From positions 205,007 to 269,006 of the forward strand of contig DAIDJL010000002.1 in the NCBI GenBank assembly GCA_027450205.1: 64,000 nucleotides of DNA. The letters run 5' to 3'. This DNA is from Candidatus Parcubacteria bacterium. Its GTDB lineage: Bacteria > Patescibacteriota > Minisyncoccia > UBA6257 > 2-01-FULL-56-20. Below the pieces are notes generated by a model that ran no database searches, was not told the DNA's origin, and saw nothing but the letters and a program-made list of their open reading frames with translations. Shown here piece after piece: positions 57,746 to 64,000 of this stretch (its first letter is position 1; each line of letters begins with the position of its first letter). Both the position numbers and the translations under genes were made by a program.

Positions 57746-58379
57746 ATCGGTTAATCTATTTTTAATGTCGGCAGTCGCGCATCATAAAAAAATCGCCCAC
57801 CTCAAAAAGAGTGATCCGATATTGGGAGCCGTCATCGAGGCGACCACGCTGCGCGAGATCACCATCACCCGCGCGCCGTTCGAAGCGCTCGTGGAGGCGA
57901 TCGTGAGCCAGCAGCTTTCGATCAAGGCGGCCGACACGATCTTCAGCCGGCTTGCCGCGCTTACGCCCGGGAAGAAGTTTCCGACGCCGCGCCAGATCCT
58001 CGCGATACCCGCATCCAAGATGCGCAAATGCGGCCTATCTAAAATGAAAGTGAGCTTTATAAAAGACCTCGCGCGCAAAACACTCGACGGCACACTCGAT
58101 TTTAGGCACATGGATACGATGAGCGACGAGGAGGTCATTGAGCATCTCGTGAATGTAAAGGGGATCGGGCGTTGGACGGCGGAAATGTTCCTTATCTTTT
58201 CGTTAAAACGCGACGATGTGTTTTCGTTCGGCGATCTTGGCTTGCGCAACGGCCTCAAAAAGATATATAAGTTGAAAGGCGCACCGACGCCCGCGCAGGC
58301 CGCGCGCATCACGGCAAAGTGGAAGCCGTATCGGAGCTTGGGTGCGCGCTATCTCTGGGCAAGTTTGGATAACAGATAA
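57738..58379 (+). CDS. alkA: HhH-GPD DNA glycosylase (AlkA/3-methyladenine glycosylase II-like)
   Basis: VKGIGRWTAEMFLIF...D (helix-hairpin-helix, Gly/Pro-rich loop, catalytic Asp). Confidence 0.75.
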   Translation: MNKSVNLFLMSAVAHHKKIAHLKKSDPILGAVIEATTLREITITRAPFEALVEAIVSQQLSIKAADTIFSRLAALTPGKKFPTPRQILAIPASKMRKCGLSKMKVSFIKDLARKTLDGTLDFRHMDTMSDEEVIEHLVNVKGIGRWTAEMFLIFSLKRDDVFSFGDLGLRNGLKKIYKLKGAPTPAQAARITAKWKPYRSLGARYLWASLDNR

Positions 58380-58411
58380 AGATTAAAAAAATCGTTAAAA
58401 TAAAAAACAGC

Positions 58412-59254
58412 ATGATCATTGACGGCAAACTCATCGCAAACGATATTATAGAGCGTCTGCGCGCATTGCCTCGGCCAGCCGGAAAGTTTTTCGGCGCGGT
58501 GGTGGTGGGCGACGATCCCGCATCACTCAATTTTTTAAAACAGAAAGAGCGCGTCGCGCGTGAGCTTGGCATTGAGTTCCGATTGCATCAGTTACCGTTG
58601 GGTATTACGACCGACGCTTTGCGCGCGGAGATCGGTCGGCTCGCATCGCCAAAAACATGCGGGGCATTTATTGTGCAGTTGCCGTTGCCGGAGTCGATCA
58701 ATCGATATTATGTTTTGAATGCGATCCCAAAGGAGAAAGATGTTGATTGTTTAAGCGAGGCGGCACTCGGCGCGTTCTACACGGAGCGCGGGAAGATCGT
58801 GCCGCCATCGGTGGCGACCGTTGAGAAAATTTTGGCGCACGCGCAACGCGACATTTCCGACGCGGCTGCGCCCGGCGCGTTGCGTGAGCTGAAGGCGGTC
58901 GTGATCGGCGCAGGGTTTTTGATCGGCAAGCCCGTCGGCTTTTGGTTGCAAAATCGCGTGGCGGAACTGGTGGTTCTGGATGCCGCGGTAAAAAATATCC
59001 ACGACAAGCTGGGCGACGCGGATATCGTGGTCGCGGGAGCGGGCCATGCCAAGCTCTTTAATGCGAACAACCTCAAGGATGGCGCGATTGTGATCGATTT
59101 TGGTTTCAATCACGATGCCAACGGCAAGATCGTCGGCGACTTCGACCCCGCCGGCGCGCACGATAAAAACATCGCGTACACCCGGACTCCCGGCGGCACC
59201 GGTCCGGTGCTCGTGGCTGAGCTGTACGAAAACTTTTACAAAATGAACTCTTAG
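58412..59254 (+). CDS. folD: bifunctional methylenetetrahydrofolate dehydrogenase/cyclohydrolase
   Basis: Typical FolD N- and C-domains (IIDGK..A, GRS..VGKP, PGGVGP.T); 280 aa. Confidence 0.9.
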   Translation: MIIDGKLIANDIIERLRALPRPAGKFFGAVVVGDDPASLNFLKQKERVARELGIEFRLHQLPLGITTDALRAEIGRLASPKTCGAFIVQLPLPESINRYYVLNAIPKEKDVDCLSEAALGAFYTERGKIVPPSVATVEKILAHAQRDISDAAAPGALRELKAVVIGAGFLIGKPVGFWLQNRVAELVVLDAAVKNIHDKLGDADIVVAGAGHAKLFNANNLKDGAIVIDFGFNHDANGKIVGDFDPAGAHDKNIAYTRTPGGTGPVLVAELYENFYKMNS

Positions 59255-59329
59255 TGGTGCGCGCTGAGGGAGTTGAACCCCCGACCCACTCGGTGTAAAC
59301 GAGTTGCTCTACCGCTGAGCTAAGCGCGC
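59255..59329 (-). tRNA. tRNA-Val (anticodon TAC), CCA encoded
   Basis: Acceptor GCGCGCT/AGCGCGC, anticodon loop TTTACAC, T-loop TTCAACT, 3' ACCA. Confidence 0.8.
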
Positions 59330-59979
59330 CGACGAAAAGAATAGTAGCGAAAATGGGCGCACTTTGCAATCGGCAAGAATTTTTATCCCCAGAAGAGTGT
59401 GGGTTATGCACAGCTTTTTCAGAAATATCATCTATAATGAATTTAGGCATTTTAATTTTTGATCAAACAAGCGGGGAGGCTGAATCATGACCGGTGTTTT
59501 GGTTACTGTGGAATGTGGGGGGAGATGCGGGCACGTTGCGAACATCCCTGGCAGTGCGGCTTGCGACCTGTTTCTCGAGAATGGAAAGAGAGATCCAGAT
59601 CGGCTGGTTCTCTGCGTCGACTGTCAGATATGGTTTGCGACGATGGTGGCTTGGGCCACTCCGAGCAGAATTAGCGAGCCAGTGCCGCTTGCAACGATCG
59701 AAAAATGATTCGCGACGTCTAGGTGGCGTTCGCGGGGCCCCGATTTTTTCGGGGCCTCTTTCTCGGGAAACAGTAACAGGATCGCCTTCTTGGACAATCC
59801 TGTTTTTGATCTGTCGGGCCGCAGGGAATTGGACCCTGTCTACCTGCTCCCAAAGCAGGCGTACTACCGGTATACGACGGCCCGTTATACATCGGCGCAT
59901 CACGCGCCGCACAAGCCTCTTTAAAGTATCCTACTTTTGGTTTAGAATCAATGCGACGAAAGCAATTCGTGCGATCCAT

Positions 59980-60051
59980 GCCCCTGTAGCTCAATGGATA
60001 GAGCAGGTCTCTTCTAAGGACTTGATGTGGGTTCGATTCCTACCGGGGGCA
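59980..60051 (+). tRNA. tRNA-Arg (anticodon TCT)
   Basis: Acceptor GCCCCTG/CGGGGGC (one G.U), D-arm GCTC-AATGGATA-GAGC, anticodon loop CTTCTAA, T-loop TTCGATT. Confidence 0.7.
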
Positions 60052-60071
60052 CAGGAAAAATATTATTAAAT

Positions 60072-60105
60072 AAAAATAGAGCAATGGTCCAGCCATGCTC
60101 TATTT
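60072..60105. terminator. bidirectional terminator hairpin between convergent tRNA genes
   Basis: aaaaatagagca-atggtccagcca-tgctctattttt; A-run on one side and T-run on the other. Confidence 0.55.
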
Positions 60106-60115
60106 TTACAAACTG

Positions 60116-60186
60116 TGCCGCGAGAGAGAATCGAACTCACTTACTCCGCTCTTCAGGCGGATGCTCTACCATTGAGCTATCGCGGC
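60116..60186 (-). tRNA. tRNA-Phe (anticodon GAA)
   Basis: Acceptor GCCGCGA/TCGCGGC, D-arm GCTC-AATGGTA-GAGC, anticodon stem TCCGC/GCGGA with loop CTGAAGA, T-loop TTCGATT, discriminator A. Confidence 0.8.
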
Positions 60187-60215
60187 CCTGCAATTTCAGG
60201 TATAAGGATACCCGA

Positions 60216-61312
60216 TTATTTCTTCGTTTTCAAAGTGATGCGCTTCTCTTCCTGTTTGACGGTGTCGATGACGAACGGATAGCTCTCGCCGATGGTGAGC
60301 GCTTTCTTCATCTCATCCTGGCCGCCGAATTCGGAGATGTGCACCATGCCCTGGAGGTCGCCATCAAGCGCGACCACTGCGCCGAACGGATTGAACTTAT
60401 ATACCTTGCCCTGGACGGTTTCGCCCGGCTTGAAGAGTTCGCCGGCTTTGACCCATGGATCTTCCTTGAGCGCCTTGAGAGAAAGGAAAACGCGGCCCTC
60501 TTTAATATCAATGATCTTCGCTTTGAGCGGATCGTTTACCTTAACGAGTTCCTTCGGGTTATCGATCAATTTGTAATCGAGCTCGGAGATGTGGATCATG
60601 CCCTCGATCTGCGGGTTATCGGTAAAGCGGACGAACACGCCGAAATCCGCGGTGCCGGATACCATGCAGTCCACTATCTGGCCGATCGTATACGCGTTGA
60701 GCAGTTCTTTGACGTTTGCCGAGAGCACTTCGCGCTCGGAGACGATCACTTTATTCGTGCGCGGATTGACGTCGATGATCTTGACGTTCAGTTCCTGCCC
60801 GACGAACTTTTTCAGCTCTTCGGCGATCTTGATGCGGTCGCCGTCCGGAACTTTCGGATAGTGCTCGAGTGAAAGCTGTGAGACGGGAAGGAACGCCTTG
60901 AGATCGTCCGCGACGACGGTCATGAGCCCGCCCGCGTTCGCGCCGGCGATTTTTGCCTTGATGACCTCGCCGGACTCGGCGAGGTCCTTTGCGAGCTGCC
61001 AGAGCTTCTGCTTGCCGGCTTCGGAGAGCGAAAGCTCGATATTGCCTTCTTCGCCGTCAAGCGCGACGATCTTTGCCTGGAGCGAATCGCCGGGCTTGAG
61101 AGCACGCAATGCCTCGCGCGCATTCGCGATCTCCACGCCGAACACGATGCCGGTGCCAAAGCGGCCCATGTCAAAATAGGCTTTGCGGGGGAGTTTCTTT
61201 AAGAGCGTGACCTCGACGACGCTGCCCTCTTTCGGCCAGTCGGTGGTGGAGATCTCCGTCTTGATGGCCGCCGCGACCGCGGAAGCCTTTGGTTCTTCTG
61301 TTTGTGGCATGA
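60216..61312 (-). CDS. rpsA: 30S ribosomal protein S1 (four S1 domains)
   Basis: Repeated S1-domain motifs (G.V......G.FV....GL.H.S.); start MPQTEEP at 61312. Track ORF extends to 61538 only because the upstream palindrome has no stop codons. Confidence 0.85.
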
Positions 61313-61334
61313 GGATGATTATATCAGCGATTTC

Positions 61335-61463
61335 CGCTTTTGCAAGAGCAGGGCACATCTTTCGAAAGGACGGCGTTCCGGTCTGCTGACCGGCCGCCTT
61401 GGCGCTCGGCACCTTCATGCCTCCGCGGCACCTTTCAAAAGATGTGCCCTGCTCTTGCAAAAG
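61335..61463. repeat. 34-bp near-perfect inverted repeat (one mismatch) around a 61-nt spacer holding a smaller hairpin
   Basis: Arm 61335-61368 gcttttgcaagagcagggcacatctttcgaaagg vs arm 61430-61463 cctttcaaaagatgtgccctgctcttgcaaaagc. Inner ccggtc-tgc-tgaccgg. Confidence 0.85.
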
Positions 61464-61527
61464 CGAAGACCTTCTACATATTTTGGGCTGGAATTTTGCT
61501 TCGGTTTCTGCTAAAATATATCCATAT

Positions 61528-62115
61528 ATGGTCATCAACTACTTCGGAAACGGCTGTTTTCGTTTGCAAAGCGGAGACACTTCCGTGCTCGTGAATCCCG
61601 AGAACAACAGGCTTAAGGCAGATGTGACGCTAAAGACCCTTACGGCGACCGTGCCTGATGCGGCGGCAGCCGGCGACGGTGAGAAGGGCGACGAGGTTGT
61701 GATTTCTTTTGCGGGCGAGTACGAAGAAAAGGAGATCGAGATTCTGGGATTTAGCGTACCGGAAGAGTCGACGGATAAATTTTTGAAGACGGCCTATGCG
61801 GTGTTGTGGGAAGGGATGAAGTTCGTGTTCCTCGGCCATCTTTCCAAGCCGATCGACGCGGCGCTGATGGAGGAATTCTCGGAGCCGGATGTGCTGTTCC
61901 TGCCGGTGGGCGGCGGTCACTTTCTGGAGCCGGAGGTCGCGGCGAAGATCGCGAAGCAGCTCGAGGCGCGCGTCGTGATCCCGAGCTTCTATAAAACACC
62001 GGCGGAATTTTTGAAGGCCTCCGGCAAAAAGGGCGAGGAGATGGAAAAATTCGTCTTTAAACAGAAGGATATCGCCGGCGATCGCGGCCGTGTGGTGATC
62101 CTGAACGCAATCTAA
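61528..62115 (+). CDS. MBL-fold-like metal-dependent hydrolase family protein
   Basis: Start MVINYFGNGCFRL 10 nt after a TAAAAT -10; fold-family pattern ...VLFLPVGGGHF...; low specificity. Confidence 0.45.
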   Translation: MVINYFGNGCFRLQSGDTSVLVNPENNRLKADVTLKTLTATVPDAAAAGDGEKGDEVVISFAGEYEEKEIEILGFSVPEESTDKFLKTAYAVLWEGMKFVFLGHLSKPIDAALMEEFSEPDVLFLPVGGGHFLEPEVAAKIAKQLEARVVIPSFYKTPAEFLKASGKKGEEMEKFVFKQKDIAGDRGRVVILNAI

Positions 62116-62468
62116 TGTTGGAAGAATTGCAGTCGCTTAGTCCGGAAAAGAAAAAGCAAGTGCTTATCGTCGCCACCATCATTATTATGGCTATTATCAT
62201 CGGAGTGTGGGTATCATATTTCAACAGCATTGTGATCGGATCGGTGCAGGAGACGGCTACGGAGTTAACATCAAGCGCGACGGCGACTCCGGCGTCCGCT
62301 CCGACTCCGGCTCCGGCTCCGGCTCCGGCGGCCGCGCCCGCCGTGTCCCAGGCAGGCGGCCCTGGCGTGTGGCAAAATATGGAGAACTGGTTCGGATCCG
62401 CCTTCGGATCCGTTGCGAACATTTTCCGGAAACCATCGCAATATAATATTCAACCGCAGGGCAATTAA
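62115..62468 (+). CDS. small membrane protein with (PA)n tract
   Basis: TM then [19 protein letters not shown] low complexity; 117 aa. Confidence 0.4.
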   Translation: MLEELQSLSPEKKKQVLIVATIIIMAIIIGVWVSYFNSIVIGSVQETATELTSSATATPASAPTPAPAPAPAAAPAVSQAGGPGVWQNMENWFGSAFGSVANIFRKPSQYNIQPQGN

Positions 62469-62488
62469 CAGAGAAAAATATCTTTACC

Positions 62489-64000
62489 ATGGCAGACATT
62501 GAACCACGAGAAATAACGAGCGAACTTGGCGAATCGTACCTGGATTACGCGATGTCGGTGATCGTCGCGCGCGCCCTGCCGGACGTCCGCGACGGCATGA
62601 AGCCGGTGCACCGTCGCGTGCTCTGGGCGATGTGGGACACCGGGCTCACGAGCACGGCCAAATTCCGCAAGTCGGCGAATGTCGTCGGTGAGACGATGGC
62701 GAAATACCATCCGCACGGCGACACGGCGATCTATGACACGATGGTGCGCATGGCGCAGGATTTTTCACTGCGTTATCCGCTCGTGCGCGGGCAGGGAAAC
62801 TTCGGTTCGGTGGACGGCGATCCGCCGGCGGCCATGCGTTACACCGAGGCGAAGCTTGCGGCGATCGCGAACGAGATGATGGGTGATATTGAAAAGGAAA
62901 CGGTCAACTGGATCCCCAACTATGACGCAACGCGCGACGAACCGACCGTGCTCCCGGCGCGGCTTCCGAACCTCCTTTTGAACGGCGCACTCGGCATCGC
63001 CGTCGGTATGGCAACAAGCATCCCCCCGCACAATCTCAACGAGGTTGCGGACGCCATTCTTCACCTTGCCGATAATGAGGATGCGACAAGCGAAGATCTG
63101 CTGCAGTTCATCAAGGGTCCGGATTTTCCGACCGGCGGCATCATCTACGACGCGAAGGCCATCAAGGAGGCATATGTTTCCGGGCGCGGTGCGATACTCG
63201 CCCGTGCGAAGGCGGAGATCGTGGAAAAGAAAAACAGCCGGCAGTTCGACATCGTCATTACCGAGATCCCGTACATGGTCAACAAGGCAGAGCTTATCAA
63301 GACGATCGCCGAGCTCGCGACGGAAAAAAAGATCGAGGGCATCCGCGACTTGCGTGACGAATCCGACCGCGAAGGCATGCGGATCGTGATTGAACTCAAG
63401 AACGATGTCGCGCCGCAGAAGGTGCTGAACTGGCTCTATAAGCACACTGACCTTGAGCGCAACTTTAATATGAACATGATCGCGTTGATGCCGGACCTTA
63501 CGCCGCAGCTCCTCACGCTCCGCGATGTCCTTGTGGAATACATCAAGCACCGGAAAGAGATCGTTACCCGCCGCACCAAGTTCGACCTTCGTAAGGCGGA
63601 GGAACGCGCGCATATTCTGGAAGGCCTCATGATCGCGCTCGATGCAATTGACCGTGTGATCGCTACGATCAGAAAGTCAGAGGATAAGGAGGTCGCGCAC
63701 ACGAACCTGATGAAGTTGTTCAAGTTGAGCGACCTGCAGGCGACGGCGATTTTGGAAATGCGGCTGCAGACGCTCGCGGCGCTCGAGCGGCTTAAGATCG
63801 AAGCCGAGCTCAAGGAAAAGCACGCGCTCATCGCGGAACTGAAATTGATATTAAAGAGCCCGGCGCGGATTTTGAAGATCATTAAGGATGAAGTGGCCGA
63901 GCTCAAAGAAAGATACGGCGATGAGCGGCGCACGAAGGTGGTCGTGCGCGCGGTGGAATCCGTGAGCGATGAGGACCTGATCCCGGAGGAGGAGGCGATC
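62489..64000 (+). CDS. gyrA: DNA gyrase subunit A (N-terminal part; continues beyond window)
   Basis: [26 protein letters not shown] active-site Tyr region, GyrA box-adjacent sequence. Confidence 0.95.
   Translation, partial: MADIEPREITSELGESYLDYAMSVIVARALPDVRDGMKPVHRRVLWAMWDTGLTSTAKFRKSANVVGETMAKYHPHGDTAIYDTMVRMAQDFSLRYPLVRGQGNFGSVDGDPPAAMRYTEAKLAAIANEMMGDIEKETVNWIPNYDATRDEPTVLPARLPNLLLNGALGIAVGMATSIPPHNLNEVADAILHLADNEDATSEDLLQFIKGPDFPTGGIIYDAKAIKEAYVSGRGAILARAKAEIVEKKNSRQFDIVITEIPYMVNKAELIKTIAELATEKKIEGIRDLRDESDREGMRIVIELKNDVAPQKVLNWLYKHTDLERNFNMNMIALMPDLTPQLLTLRDVLVEYIKHRKEIVTRRTKFDLRKAEERAHILEGLMIALDAIDRVIATIRKSEDKEVAHTNLMKLFKLSDLQATAILEMRLQTLAALERLKIEAELKEKHALIAELKLILKSPARILKIIKDEVAELKERYGDERRTKVVVRAVESVSDEDLIPEEEAI

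Noticed and set aside
61313-61538. N-terminal 75-aa extension of rpsA and ORFs 61340..61594 / 61302..61514
   Set aside because: They are open only because the 34-bp palindrome is stop-free in several frames. The S1 homology starts at Met 61312.
1-64000. CRISPR arrays or rRNA genes
   Set aside because: No regularly spaced direct repeats with unique spacers and no rRNA-like conserved stretches were seen anywhere in the window.

Overview
This 64 kb bacterial window mixes high-GC core genes with three lower-GC accessory blocks, two of which abut tRNA genes. Core genes include ftsH, two P1B heavy-metal ATPases, an ECF sigma factor, a cytochrome b-like protein, glyA, an alkA-like glycosylase, folD, rpsA and gyrA (partial), plus six canonical tRNAs. 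One tRNA has the rare UAU anticodon; tRNA-His has an encoded G-1. Block 1 (about 1-7.8 kb) ends at the 3' end of tRNA-Gly, next to a type IV pilin-like gene remnant that has lost its N-terminus. It holds three copies of a roughly 130 bp conserved intergenic element, each followed by a hairpin, and a promoter-driven, terminator-ended candidate small RNA with a 29 bp closing stem. Block 2 (about 22.2-27.7 kb) holds three copies of a related shorter element sharing the core GTCAGAACCTNTTTG, several homopolymeric G/C tracts, a tandem LuxR-HTH regulator and hypothetical genes. Between about 27.7 and 42.3 kb lies a metal/thiol-redox island. It has a CsoR/RcnR-family repressor, and two promoters with an identical TTGACA-[ATACCC.CTAGGGGTAT]-TATNNT layout that drive two operon sets. 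Those operons encode a Met-rich SHOCT protein, CcdA-like and TlpA-like thiol-disulfide proteins, a DsbA-like protein, an ICMT-family methyltransferase, proteins ending in GCGVQ or GGCC, duplicated [15 protein letters not shown] metal-binding modules and a CopB-type (CPH) ATPase. Block 3 (about 46.1-56.25 kb) looks like an integrative element: a large serine recombinase whose stop codon lies inside tRNA-His. It carries a 1134-aa helical protein followed by a cytoplasmic trypsin-like serine protease, which I flag as the best candidate for a novel (possibly defence) system, plus a transglutaminase-like protein and small regulators. Other points include a roughly 170 bp near-identical inverted duplication between two FMN-binding-domain genes, paralog pairs (DUF2127, a CDTGIR-ending Cys protein), a hairpin-dense structured region at 45.96-46.14 kb and a 34 bp inverted repeat in the rpsA leader. 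All functional calls come from motif recognition by eye; none was checked against a database.
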